64,000 nt of DNA from Pocillopora damicornis. Lineage: Eukaryota. A model generated the notes under the pieces. That model had not been told where the DNA came from. It was given only the letters and a program-made list of their open reading frames with translations, and searched no databases. The position numbers and the translations under genes are program-made. Positions 49,516 to 63,268 of the stretch are shown one piece after another; within the stretch, counting starts at the first letter, position 1; each line of letters begins with the position of its first letter. The stretch is taken from contig NW_020845097.1 in the NCBI RefSeq assembly GCF_003704095.1, forward strand, positions 186,001 to 250,000, read 5' to 3'.

Positions 49516-52500
49516 AGGAAATTGAAAAAGGTGCGGTCGATAATTCACTGATCAGACTTTGTTATCCAATGAACATTTAGCGATTGAAGTTGTGGCGAAA
49601 GATTATTTCAGAGTTTTTAAAGGTTATAAGTGGTTTTCTTTGTTTTGTTGCCTTCATAATGAGTAAAGTCTTGATACAATATTATCATGTTAAGCTTGGA
49701 ATCGAGTCATGGTTACACGTCTTCTCGCTCACTTCCTCAACCAATTTATGGGTCTGTTATCGAAAGAGGTATGCCTCACCCCAATAAGGGTCACATCACT
49801 GCCACGTCGCATGCACAGTTTTCGTGTATATGTATCTGAGTCCAATTCCTAATACTCGTGCATTAGTCGTTATTTAGTTTATTCTACTTTTCGCCGTTCA
49901 ACTGCATGTTAGCCGAAACATATCATGATTTCGAAAGATAAACACCTACTGTAGTAAAGAAACGAGTCGAAAGATTTGGGGGCGAACTGGTAAAGGTGGG
50001 ACCAAGCTTGTTTTCCTTTAGGGAGCGAACTATTAAAGGTAGGAGGGGCAAACTTGCAGTGATGCAAAACCACCCTAATTAAGTGACTCAGAAGTTTACA
50101 ATTTCATTATCTCAGTCACCTCATCAGGCCGGCTAAATAAAAACAACGGACTGTATGACTCATTACATTCCATTTGGGACAAATAACACGTATACCGTCA
50201 AATCTGATGTGAAATACTTGATCGAGGGGCGAAATTGAAGTGCCTCTATCTCATGAGCTAGTAGCAGATTGAAGACAAATGACAATGTCTTATCTTCCAT
50301 CAATGGATTGAAAAAAAATGTCACGTATCGAAAAGCTACTGTTTGACGCCATCGATGAAGATCAAGAGCATGATAGGAATGGGCAAAGAATGAATCAGAG
50401 TTCTAAACCTTAATTCGTAATTGGGATATACTCTCTTATCCCGGTTACAATTATCGTAAGTAAATTATTAAAATGAAAACCTGATGGGAATGCACGAGAG
50501 AGGAGAATTTCCCCGCTAGGAGACATCACGGAATACATGTCGCTAATTAATTTTAATTGACCCAATTCCCGTCAACTATCTTCAAAAAGATAATGTGATA
50601 AAATGCTCTGAAGTTTTAAGCACGTTACGCACCGAATACCTTAAAATAAATTCCCAGACGAAAAATTTAAAACGATTTGTGTTCACAAAGATGTTTTACC
50701 AAAGTTCGTCGCCTTATGAAACCATGGCACATACACATTTCAATTATAATTTAGTAACGCTACATCCAGAGAAAATGAGATGGATTTTAATACGGTCAGA
50801 TACTTGTATTTGCATGTAAGACAAAATAAATATGAAGAATAAAGGGAGGTAAGATGCAAAGTAGAGACGCAAAACAAAAGCTGCTCGCTGATAGAAAGAT
50901 ATCGCGCGTTGACAGTAGACGCAAAGACGATTGCAAATGCGGTTACGCTACTTTTGTCGAGATGAAGATTTTAATCATTAGGCCCTTAAGAGGGTGAGAA
51001 ATTGCAAATTATTTTAATAATTTCTTCAGAAGAACGTAACATAGGAGTTCTTGTCAAGTTCCGCCTTTATCATTAACTTTCCTCTCCGAAAGGATTTTCA
51101 AAACTCCACCTTCCTGCGTGACCAAGTAAGACCAAAACCAGAACAGATTTGAATACCAAGGCTTCGCAATATTTATTTTTAAGGTTCCTAAATGACAACT
51201 CAAATCATGAGTGAGATGAAGTTCATTCTAAATTGACTGCCACTTATTTTCAAACACCAAACTGCATTGCGATGCTTAGCATATGCAAGACACCATGTGG
51301 TCAGATATTTCAGCATTAGCAGGTGCTATTGAACTTTTCTTTCAGTTTTTCTTCTAGGTTTTGACTCTTTTGTTTTGCTTTGCTAAACAAAAGTAACGAT
51401 TTTTCAACAACACATACTACGTCTTTCATGTCTTTCATTAATTTTTAACAGAAAGGAAAGTTGAACATTATTTAAACTGACCAAGAACAATGACTCTCCC
51501 TGATAGGAAGACCACCAAATTAAACTGAAACAAATTGGGCTTCGCGTAGAATGTCGCTTGGAGAAATGACAGGATAGCGTATGGAGCTGCACCCGATAGG
51601 ATTGTGCTGTGAAAATCAAAGAAACGGAAAGTTACTTGTTTCTAGTACTTACTCTTCAAAACTGTCATTTTCAAACAAGACGTGGGGGACTTCACTAGGG
51701 GTAAGAAAATTATTGAAGGAATATATCTCGTTCAAAAAAGATTCAAAACATCTTTCACTCAAAATTACGCTAAAGGAAAGCTTTTACGTTTTTGACTTTC
51801 CAAATTACATTTAAGTTCGTTATTTCTTGAAAAACCACTACTGTAGCCTCTTGGACATAAAAAAACGCGAAAAAGAACAGAACGTCACATAGATAGCGAC
51901 CTAACTGACTCGATTTCTGTTAAAAAAAAAAGCGTGGAAGAGATAAATAGGTACTTCTTAACTCTAAAACATTTTCAAACTTTTTTTTTCGTCAAAAGAT
52001 CTTACAAAGCTGTGCATGCACGTTGTTTTCACCAAAATTCCAGACAGGAAGGGATTTATTCTTATCAAGACCAGGATCTCAAGGTCTTTAAAAAGGTCAA
52101 ATTCAGTAAGATGATAACTTCGTTTCATTTCCTAACAATTTAAAAATTAGATATAATTAGCCATTAACTTGTCCGGGTGCATAGCTTGAGAAGATGACTT
52201 TTCAACGTTTTCCGGTGGAAACCTTGTCGCCCTATAAATTTCATACGGCCGTCTTACATTCCTGGTTCAGTTTTCTGAAAGTCACACTGTTTTCACTTTT
52301 GTTATTCACTGTGTAACGTTTCAACATTTGTTAAAAAGGCGTAAAATATGGGAAACTAAGGAAGAAAGCCAAAAACTCAGCTGAAAATATTACAAAGAAA
52401 CTATATGGTACCTTCAATGCCAATGTAATATTGATAAAATCAACATAAAATCAAATATGTTACGAAAGACAAGTTTTCATCATTGTCATCCTCTATTCAA

Positions 52501-55500
52501 ATCGTCTCATGAATAACTATTATAAGCATTAAAGTATATCAACCGTCAGCAGCTTATATAATTTTAGAGGATCTAAATATCAAACTCGTGCTTTTCATCA
52601 CGACGAGGGTGGGTGTGGTTTTCGTCTTCCCTCCACCGTGGCACTTTAAGTGATATCTTATGAACTAAAAATTAGGCAATCATTCCTCGGTTATGTGTTC
52701 CCTATGAGCGATAAGAGGGGCTGGACGGCGCGTTTGATGTTTTTTCCGTGGAATTCACCAACATCCGCTGATCTGCTTAATAGCTGAGAATAAAAAACTT
52801 TTCTTCAATCAAAGGTGCAGGCACTCCGCTAGAAAAAATGCTGACATTTATGTTTTAAACATATGAAGGACGGTGAGATAACTCTTAATGGGACCTTAAA
52901 TGGTTTCAAATATCAAAACGTTCCCAAGGATTCATCCAGTATTCAGCAACGAATAAAAATCTTCAACAAAAATGAGACTTGGACATAGGCTATGTATGAA
53001 TTTTTGAAATTCTAGCTAAAAGGTCCTAAATGGCTTAGCAAGGAGGAGTGCCTCCATAAAGATTTTCTTGCGATCAGAAGGATCTATCGGCCCACAGTAT
53101 GCTGATCGCTTTAATCGATAAAGTTTAATAATGTTTTTTTTGTGTTGTTGTTGGCTTGTTTCCGTATCTATTTAAAGCTTGGCCACCTTGAAATAACATA
53201 TTAGAGCTTTGCTTACGTTTTAACTCATAATCAGTAGGTAACGTTTATTTATATGCAAAATCTAAACGCAGTTTTATAATGTGGGTTTGTCTACTTAGCT
53301 TTGTTGGGTCTATCGGGGTGTCACTGAGTCCTTGAGAGTCTTCGAGAGTGATTTGTGGGTAAACAGGGATTGATGGTTGTTTGTACTCCCGAAAGTACAT
53401 CGAACGTGACTTAAGAGTTTTCTCTGAGGTACATTTTATTGAGACACAGCTCATGGAAAGATCAAAAAAAATTTTTCTTTTGTTTTCTTGTAGAAAAAGA
53501 GTCATAATTATAATAAAAGTTGCGGTTAGGTATGAGTTACAATCATATTATTGTTAACGTCTTCCAAGGTCTCGCGTGTTCCTCGTCAAACCTAAGTGCC
53601 ACGTACTTCGAGGATTGATTCCACTGCGCCTTGTAAGATGCATTTGAGAGCCTGTTCTCTTAAAATGGCTCAGGATATGGAAGATGAATGTTTCCGTTTC
53701 TTACACGGCGTAAGCTCTCTTCCGTCTTTAGCTACCCTGGGGAAGACAATGGCTTGTAGACAGTTAATAGAGGTATTTAATTTCAAGTGGTTTCATTCCA
53801 TATAAAGAACAAAAGAGGTGACATGTGATCACATCTTCGCTTTATTTCTTACACAGTATAGAATAAGTAAAAAAAAAAAACCCAATTTTATAAGGCCAGA
53901 AACAGCCCCTTAAATACCAAATAAAGAGTAACCTTTGTTATCGCATTCAGACCTTTCGCAGGCAATTACTCAGAAATAACAAAATTAGAAGACCTTCGCG
54001 GGAAGGGTACACAAATCAAGGAATTCGTGAATGCACGGAATCGTAATTAACGGTTAATCGGATGCATTTGAGATTCATTTAAGTTCAAATCTCTCGTCCG
54101 TGGAAAGTGATTCCTCAATAAGGGCAGAGGTTGTAGAATTTCTCGCGGCTTTGCCTATATATCTCTAATTTTGTTCTTCGTATGTTAACAGCCGTAATAA
54201 TTGCAGCATTCTTTAAGATGTGTTGATGGAAACATTTCCCTTTGCTTATCATTAGATCTCAAGATAACAACGGAACTGCTTTGAACACGACATTGTTGCG
54301 ACGGTTTTACGAAATACCTTAGCGTGGAGAAAGGTCGGACTGAGTTGGTCAGTAAATTTAGAGATCAGATGGCTTCGTTCTATTTACAAAATATCAGGTT
54401 GAACTCCCTAGGCGGTTCACAAGGTGAACTTGTTGAGAATCTTTGTTTCACAGATTTCTCGACGAATACGAATCAGCACCAAAGGGGTACCCAGGTAATG
54501 AACAAAAAGATAGCCAAAAGGAACCTCTCGTCACGTTTCAAAGGCATCAGATCGTTTAATTGAATGTTGAAAATGTTTCAATAGAGGCTGATTTGACGAT
54601 TACTAATATTTACATGCACTGACAAGCAATTATTCGGTAGTTACACAGATTTTTAATTCGTAATGAATTCTACTCTAAATTCCTGGTTAGCTCTCAAAAC
54701 CAAATGATTACACAGATATAGGAAACAACCCTGAAATATTGTTTCCTCTTTTCACAAATGCGACAGGGGCTAAACAATTTTAAATGAAAACTGCCTTGAA
54801 AGAACCTCTCTTTCCAATCAGTGAAGGCAACAGTTTCACTGCGCCAAGATTCAAAGATGTAACCCTTTGTGTCATCGAGTGATTTCGTAATTAAAATGAT
54901 AAAGCTTCGTAACAATGTATTGTAACGCCTCTAACTTCTTTAGTTACACAACTCCATCTACTTTAATAGATCCTTTGAATTAATTATTTTTTATGTACAT
55001 ATGAGGATAATAGAGCGGGAACTTTAAAAGAATTAACCGCTAATCTTCAAAGAAAACCGTGACTAACCCAAAAAATCTAATGACCGTCAACCTATGCCGC
55101 AACCATAGATAAAAACTGGTCTAAGGCACACCAAACCTTTTTGTTAAAACCTAGGCCAATTATGTCATTAACAACGAACGCCCATGGTAGTTTGCTTGAG
55201 AGTCTTTTATCTAAAATCTTAAAATGTGACAAATTTGCCGAAATCTTACCAGGTATAAACACAGGCCTATGTCCTTTTGAAATGAAGTAAGAAATAAGTG
55301 CTAAACTCCTAAAGTGCTCAACTAGACTCTTGCAACGTCACAGTCGTGACTTAAAGACAATGAGTTGTTTGAGAAGTGACGTGAACCAGCTCTAAAGCCT
55401 GTAAAGTACATAGATCAAACTAATCATTGAACTATTAAAGCCGTCAAATTATTTCAATGTCAAACTGAAATCACGCTGACACTGCTTAGCTCACGCTTTA

Positions 55501-56275
55501 TTGTGTTTCGTTGTTCGGTTAGGCAAAGCGATCCGAGTATTTTTAGCGAGTGATGTTTTGTCACAGCACTACGTTGTATCGACCTCCCACCACTAGAACC
55601 TCGTAGAATTGTTCTTAGGGCTAGTTTCTATGTGTTACGCATTTCCTATGAAGGTTTTTTCTAGAGCGCCTTAGTATTAATGGAATGAGTACATAAGCAA
55701 GTGTTAACTAATTGACACCGGATGTGCAAAGAATCACATTCTAACTTGAACAAATACGCTATAGAAAAGAACGCTACAAAGCGTTTGACTCAGAAAGAAA
55801 GCAGAAATGACAGGAATGCCAGAAGACAAAATTTCTGTCAAGGGAAATTCAAACACTTCATTAAAGCTAGAAAATGTACCTGCGGAATCGCAATGCGACA
55901 AATTACCGCGCCTTGCATAGTTTAACTAAACCACTAACAAAGATTTTTATAAGCTTAATGATTTATCCAAAATGACTACAAAAACAAAGCGCGTTAATGA
56001 TAATTTTAAGCCACAAATTAAAATCCCCTTTCGCGGGTAGTTCTTTTCCAATAGGGCTATTGGTTGGTCTTCTTATTAACAAGCCATTTTCAGTTTTTTC
56101 AGTCTCATGAGCCATCCTCGTAAAAGATCCCCCATCTCTGATAGTTTTCAGCCTCAGAGAAATTGGAGTCAAACTCAAGGGCCTCAAACTTTAAGAATAT
56201 TAAATCGACCCACCAATTGCAATTTGCCCTTTCTCATTTTTCGACGATAAAAGTTTCTAAGCCTTGCTTTTCACC

Positions 56276-57460
56276 TTAGCTTTCCTCTGGTACGTCTGAC
56301 GAATCCGGATCTGCTGTAGATGGTGTCTTAAAGGAATACATTTTGGTTAACTGTCGCGTGATATGACGGTGAGTCTTTCTCGCTTTACCCTCGATTCGTG
56401 CGCATTGCCGCAACACCTTCTTGCAACTCTGTCTGAAGTAGTCGTCAAGTGCGCCATATAGGTAAGGATTTAGACAGCTGTTGAGCCAAATACAGAAATG
56501 TGAATACTTCATGAGAATACTGAAGTACGGATTTTTTTCTCCTGAGCCGTAATCCAACCAGAAAAACAGCACATGATTCGGCAGATAGCACAACGCGAAA
56601 CTCGCAATTAAAACGATCAGTAGTCGAATGAATTTCTTGTGATTTGCTTTGGTTCTACTATTGGTAGATTTTCTACCTTCTAATCCTTCATCTCTTCGAT
56701 AAAGCACCGTGGCCATTTTACTGTAGGCGATTCCCATGATAACCAAAGGTAGGAGATATTCAGCCACAAACAGATACAAAGTATACCCTTCTTTTAGGAT
56801 TCTGTCGGTGGGAGGATTCCCCCAAAGCTCTTCACAGCTGAATTTGTTGTTTTCACCTTGCACTGTATGATTCACGTCCATGACAATGATTTGTGGAAGA
56901 GCGGACATAAAGGCGCACAGCCAAACCAGTGCGAGAAGCAACTTGACCCTCCCGAGGGTCAATCTAGCTTTCATTGGATAGACAATGCCCATGAAGCGTT
57001 GTAAAGTAAGGGTTGTTAGACTGAAGATCGAAGCACCCTGACATAACAAGCTCAGAGCTGGGATAAGCTTACAAACAGCAGTGGATCCGAAAAAGCCAAA
57101 CGGATACTTCCCTGTCTCGTAATAGAGTAAGGTGAAAGGCATACACACGAAACCTACCGCCATGTCGGCAATCGCTAGACTCATCAAAAACAGGCCGTAA
57201 TAGTAGTTCCTGAAACTTCGCAGCTTGCGCGTTTTCCGAACAGCTACACACACGAGAATGTTTCCTGCCATGTTGAGCACTAGAATTAGAATGGATAGCG
57301 CCAGACGAATTACCAGCGATGGAAAAGGCTCGGGGACTTCAAGGCTGGTAGAGGGAGGCACTGTGGAAGGAATCATCTCTTTCACTGACAGAGAAACAGA
57401 AGCCGCGGAATTTTTCCAAGTTTCACTAGTGGTGAACGGAGAAGGTTTAACTGAGGTCAT
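56276..57460 (-). CDS. Class A (rhodopsin-like) GPCR, neuropeptide-receptor-like, intronless CDS
   Basis: Seven hydrophobic segments, with TM1 GN..V, TM2 LAIAD, a TM3 Cys (VCK) and QRF..IVYP, TM4 W...P, an ECL2 Cys (FSCEELW), TM5 YLLP, TM6 FALCYLP and TM7 NSCLNPYLY. Confidence 0.93.
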   Translation of the reverse strand: MTSVKPSPFTTSETWKNSAASVSLSVKEMIPSTVPPSTSLEVPEPFPSLVIRLALSILILVLNMAGNILVCVAVRKTRKLRSFRNYYYGLFLMSLAIADMAVGFVCMPFTLLYYETGKYPFGFFGSTAVCKLIPALSLLCQGASIFSLTTLTLQRFMGIVYPMKARLTLGRVKLLLALVWLCAFMSALPQIIVMDVNHTVQGENNKFSCEELWGNPPTDRILKEGYTLYLFVAEYLLPLVIMGIAYSKMATVLYRRDEGLEGRKSTNSRTKANHKKFIRLLIVLIASFALCYLPNHVLFFWLDYGSGEKNPYFSILMKYSHFCIWLNSCLNPYLYGALDDYFRQSCKKVLRQCARIEGKARKTHRHITRQLTKMYSFKTPSTADPDSSDVPEES

Positions 57461-60400
57461 GATGTGAAATGAATGAACGCATCAGATCTTTGGCGTTTGA
57501 TGTCCACTGTTATCATCAAATAAATCTTGAAGCCGCACTAATCTCGTACACGCAGCTACGCAAATGAGCACTGTCTACTTCTTGGCGGTGAAAACGACGT
57601 GAGTTGGTTACTTGTGTCTGTTTCAACACGATATGGGTGATATTAACCTGAACTCGGCGGTGAAATTCGACTCAGCTGAAGCGCACGATTTTGATCGATT
57701 CGTTATCTGCCGCATCAAGTCAATATTCAAGTGTGTCGCGTTCACAATGTCGCGATTGACAGGAGAACTTAGAGACGTGAGGGATTTACTTTTTTGACAG
57801 CTTAAGCCGCGATGATTTGTCTAGCGAATAATTAACGCAGAGATCTTCCGCAGGATGAAAAAGGCCACATTCACAGTGAGAGATCCAATATGAGTGAGGA
57901 GTTCAATTTGAATGATGTTAGCATTGATGCTAATGAACAGAAAATTAAAGTCAACAAACACGTTAGATTTTCTTAAAAACACTCTACCTCTCGTCACCTT
58001 AGGGACCAAGTTGCTAGTGCTATCAAGGGGTAGGGAAACTAAACGCAAACTCGACCAATAAACGGACTTAAGTTTTGTTTGAACCACTGCTGTTGTGTTG
58101 AAATGTAAACTTACTTTCCTTCGAAAGTGAAACTTTCATCGTTTTATTGAAAGCTCGCAATCATTATAAACACAGCCTTTTTACCGAGTTACGCACCACT
58201 AATCCCGAGAAATCTCCAAGGTTGAATCGTGGAAATTTAAGACGACCCCTTTATACCAAGGAGAGATAAGCGTATTTACAAAACAAATTCTAAAGAGCCG
58301 AGATTCTCTGTTATCCGGTATTATTGCGTCATTTATCAAGTAACCAACAAAGGAAATTTTTTTCCACCTTTTGATAAATTCCTTTCTTTGAATTTCTAAA
58401 GGTAATTTTCTTACAGCAATTTTGATCTGCCGCGGTCCTTGGGAAGTCTGTTAGTAGTAAGATATATCGAGACCTTTCACTGATATGTGCACTTTCCTTA
58501 CTTCATTATACATATATTCTGTTCTTTTTCTTTACTTTATTATACATGTAAGGTATTCTTTTTTGTATCAACGCTGTATTAATGAGGTGCTCGTTGACTA
58601 AAATATAATTTCTTAGTCGAAAATTAACATTTAGGATTGGAAATACAGCAAAATGGTGAAATATTGTCAAAGGCCATTTTAAGGCTGACGATATTTTTGT
58701 CAGTAAGTTTCAGAAGTGATGGTGGGTCTCAGATAACAACCACCAACCAACAATTCAGAACAAAGTGAGACTGAAGGTATCGTAATTAAAGAAAACAATC
58801 ACTTCGAATATGCCCATGGGATTGAATGGATATTACAGAAAATTTCAAAAGACTTCAGCTCTTGACAGCATGTAAACGTTCGTTTTGATTGTAATTAAAT
58901 CACGTGGTGTCGTGCAAAAGAAAAACATCATCAAAGCACAGTTGATGTTATCGTATGCTGGCTTGGAAAGGGAAGCGTGCCTTTGTGTGTTTTTGTCGGT
59001 CATTGTGTTGTCTTTATACGATTTTCGACCAATAATATTTGAGCGGTGTTATTAATCCTTTTGACTACACACGGGAAAAGGCAAATGTTTTTTTTTGGTG
59101 AACTTCACAGAATTGAATGGAATGCTACAAATGTAACGTAGACGCTATTGTGTTTTTACAAGCATTGCACGACCTGCTTTTAGAAGTTGTGTGCTTGTCC
59201 GCATATATAGTACAAGAACGCGAGGATATTTAATGGGGAGAAAGATTCATTCCAAGCTTGACGACTTCTTATCTCCGTCAGTGGATATCACAGGAAAATC
59301 TGGTCCATTAACCGCACTATCAAATAGACCTTAGGATATCTTTTTTAACTGGATCATCACCACTGGCGCAGAGCATGAGAAGGGCAAATGGCTTGTACTC
59401 GATGACTGAAAGACATTGGCAATAAATCAGTGATTCACTTCCTCATGAATCGCTTCAATCCTTTTACGCAGAAATAATTCAAACAAGAGCTGAAATTCAT
59501 TTTTTTATCTTCATCTAAAACCTTTTAAAAAATCGCTTTCCTATGAAATATAGAAGTTGGCAATTAAATTAAAGACAAGGATGGCGAAAAGGAAATCTTT
59601 TGTCAGCGTAGACACTTCCAAAAATTATGTCGAAGAGGACAACAGCTCGATTTTTACGAATTTTGAAACCACTTCATAAGCCTACTTCGCCAATAAGAAA
59701 ATAACGTCAACTTCAGTAAAAGTTTTAGTAACAAGATATTCACGCCCGCACGAGATAGTGGGAGGCATTACTTTGGTGTGCGGTTTAGAGTGAGTTTTTT
59801 CCATTTCCTAAAATCCCTCTGCAATGCAAGCCTTACGGCAAAATCTAGTCGGGGCTCTATTTGTTTCTGAAAGTGACTTCATGTTGACATCTTGATATCT
59901 CTGATCACCCTTCTTCCGCGTTCATCGCTGCTTGAGACAGGATATCGATTTTTAATTTCTTTATTCGACATTAACTTTAAGTCATCTGTTTGACAGGAAG
60001 CGCTAGTGCAATTTATTTCATGCACGAATTTGAAATCTGAATTTAAAGTTAAAAGCATATGTTTTTTCTCAGCTTCGTTCTCCAGGAAGTTTTCCTTGCT
60101 AATAGTATATTCCGACCCAGTTTACGGATAAAAGTTTCATCATTTAACATCCCAGTATTTTTAACCCTTAGTTCTGGCGTAGAAATTACTATCAATCCAA
60201 AAAAAGGCTAATAATATTAAAAAGAAACTCACCGAGACACGCGACGATGCTTTAATACCGTATACTTTGATTCACATAATGAAAACACTACAAATATTTA
60301 AACAAGACTCATCTATGAAAAAAGCCGGTGTCTTCTTAAAGCAAATCTTTCATGTATCGAGCAAAGGAACCGCGCGTAAATAAATTGACCTGAAATAAAG

Positions 60401-60664
60401 CCTGGAATTACACAAGAAGAAGAAGCCTACCTTGCTCAAACTTAATAATTTGGAATTAGCGGATGTGGAAGTTGCAGTATGCAAAATGAGTTTTAACTAG
60501 TTTAGAATTGACCATTATTGGCGTCGGCAAATGATATGAAGGAACTTTCAGAGGTCTTCGCTTCGGGGATTTAAGATTTTGCAGCCTATTTACTCGGTCA
60601 GTTGCACTTGTGGATGGATCTACAGCCAGTTGTGAGAATTTGGTGTTAGATGAGAATAGCAAAA

Positions 60665-60771
60665 ATCTAACTGATAAATTTGAGTGTTCTCATCCTCTGT
60701 TTGCTGGATAATGTTAGGGAAATTACAGGGAAAAGTTTCATGTTAATCTCTACTGGGAGTTAAAGGGTTAA
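60665..60771. mobile_element. Right-end fragment of the same TTAA/CCCTTT family
   Basis: ctgtttgctggataatgtt...ctgggagttaaagggttaa matches 8400-8472. A similar end fragment lies at about 470-548. Confidence 0.55.
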
Positions 60772-61288
60772 GCACGAGAGCGACTAACTGTCAGTGCATT
60801 TTGCCAAAGACTTTCCAAATATATGTTCGTCATCTTGGCCAAAAAAATACTCAACAGCCAATCAGACTGAAGTCGATCCCAACGTTTTGCGTGATTTTTC
60901 GCAATTATGTATAATCTTCAGAGAATTATTTGTCGCAGTAAATTCTTATCAGCTAATATCAAGTCATCCCATGGGGAAATTTATTTCTTTTTGATCGAAA
61001 GTTATTGCTTCTGAATTACCTTCTTTCCAAAAACTAAGAAAAATTACCGTGTAAGGGGAAACAATTTTGTGGTCAGTCTTGTCAGATGAAAACAGAGTTC
61101 ATCAAACTGTAGGAGAATCTTTCTTTGTTGTTGCTATTGTTGCAAAGACATCCCGTACCTCGTCAAAAGAATGCCTCTTCTGAATAATTGAAGACTACGC
61201 AGTCTTACCTTTCTTTCATAAAATTACCTTCTACATTAATTTTTCTATGAATGTGTGATTTTAAAACGGTAGACTGCAAGCATAATTT

Positions 61289-62004
61289 TTATGTCCTCAT
61301 TAACGCTTGCTAAACAGATATTTTGAGTTTATGATGACTGGTATGTATAGAGACTTGAGGTTGTAACTTGGCAAGCTTCAAATCAGTTTTACGATACACA
61401 AAGCCTTACAGGCTCCTCTGACTTTCAAAGATATAGATACTTATTTTGTTTAGCATAGTCAATTTTCGGTATTTTATTTGTATTTCGAATGCTAAACGAG
61501 GAAAGAAAAATACAAACAGTGACACTGGAAAAGATGCCTTCAAAGGTAACGATTTAGGAAGGAAAATTACATGCTTTTGGGCATTCACTTGAGACGATGA
61601 CATGTCAATGTGCATGTTTTAAATATAAAGAAAATTATTGTCGTCTATTATGTCCTCATTAACACTTGCTAAACAAATATTTTGAGTTTCGTGATGACTG
61701 GTATGAATAGAGACTTGAGGGTGTAACTTGGCAAGCTTCAAATTTTACAATACGCAAAGCCTTACAAGCTCCTTTGACTTTCAAAGATATAGATACTTAT
61801 TTCATTTAGCATAGTCAATTTTCGGTATTTTATTTGTATTTCGAATGCTAAACGAGAAAAGAAAAATATGAACAGTGACACTAGAAAAGATGCCTTCAAA
61901 GGTAGCGATTTATGAATGAAAATTACATGCTTTTGGGAATTCACTTTAGAAGATGACATGCCAATGTGCATGGTTTAAACACAAAGAAAATTATTGTTGT
62001 CTAT
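61289..62004 (+). repeat. Direct tandem duplication, two ~359-bp units
   Basis: ttatgtcctcattaac.cttgctaaaca begins at 61289 and 61648, and the units align along their whole length with scattered substitutions. The near-identical spurious ORFs 61406-61615 and 61762-61971 reflect this. Confidence 0.95.
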
Positions 62005-62308
62005 GGGCTATTAAGCAAATTGTGCAATCTTTCCTTGCCACGCCCTGAACAAGGAGTTACGTAACCCACAGCAGAGTGTAAAAAGTTTAAATCGCTCTGG
62101 ACCTGGCACCCTGTCTACCATGAATAGTTTGCATGATTTTACTTCAAATTCAAAGAAAAGATCTCACTTTAGTGGCTAAAAAATGAGCTTCTGTAGAAAG
62201 TTTTCATGATTTTGCTTGGAGTATAAAGAGGGAAGCAGTTTTTAAGCGGTTGGTAGTTCTTTCGACGCCCTGGCCTGGTACGTTAGTGAGAGAGACATCT
62301 CTGAAACC

Positions 62309-62589
62309 ATGACGAAGATTTATTTACTTATTTCTTTGGTCATTCTACTGTTCGTGAATGTGTGTTGGTGCCAGTGCCGTTGGGCAAACTGGCAGGGCTC
62401 GTTTGACAGAGCAGGATGGTCCAAGTGTGGATCAACTACTGAATACCTGACAGGTTTTTATCGAAACTCTAAGAGTGCAAGCGACCCTATTCATCTTCTG
62501 GATAAGGGAAACTGCTGCAATGCTCCTGCACCAAACCAGAATCGGGCTTCAACGTGCCAAAACGCAAACTGGTGGAAACAGTTGGACAG
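62309..62589 (+). CDS. Secreted Cys/Trp-rich protein (biomphalysin N-terminal-lobe-like), exon 1
   Basis: Signal peptide MTKIYLLISLVILLFVNVCWC, then CRWANWQGSFDRAGWSKC...YLTGFYR...CC.AP...C.NANWWKQLD. Donor AG|GTTTGT (phase 2). TATAAAG at 62222-62228. Confidence 0.8.
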
Positions 62590-63268
62590 GTTTGTGAACA
62601 AGTGCAAAAAATTTAGACAGCATATTTCGTCGGCTTGCCCTCGACACTATGCCAGTCGTAGAAAAATAGCGAGGGGTTACCCAGAAGTATTTCACTTCTT
62701 AGGCATTCTTGTCTCCTGGGCGAGTTATGGTAAAATTTCCGCACAGCCCCATCCTACATTATGCTTCAGTTCTTAGATAGAGAAAACAATGACAAAAACA
62801 ATACATTGCCATTGGGAAAACAGATTTGTTCTACAATAGTATAGGGCTGTGCGGAGTTATGTTAAGAGCGAATATCATCGCCCGAAAACGTAACGAGTAA
62901 GCGTGACCAGTGTTTAGTGAGGTTTTTCAAAATGCTCATCTGATAATGCCAGCTGTGACTAGCTTTTCTTCTTTAAATAAAACGCTTCAGTTATTCCCCG
63001 CGGGAAAACTTTCAACAATAAAGTTAAATGTTGCAGCCTCGTACTGCTTTATATTTCACGTGTCTTATAATTAGAACTTCAAAATTTTTATATTGTAAAT
63101 GTGAAGAAAGTACGGCATTTTGGTGTCTATGCTTTACCAATGAACTCCTTTTAGTAATGTTTAGTTCTCTGGATTCACCGCTTTCTTCTTGGGTCAAGTA
63201 AAGGCTTGTTTGCTAAATCAGTCATCCTCATATCCTCATATCCACTTGTTCTCATTCATTTTTTTCAG

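Noticed and set aside
62590-62776. C-terminal part of ORF 62309-62776
   Set aside because: It is intron read-through after the donor at 62589, and the repeat pattern resumes only at 63269.
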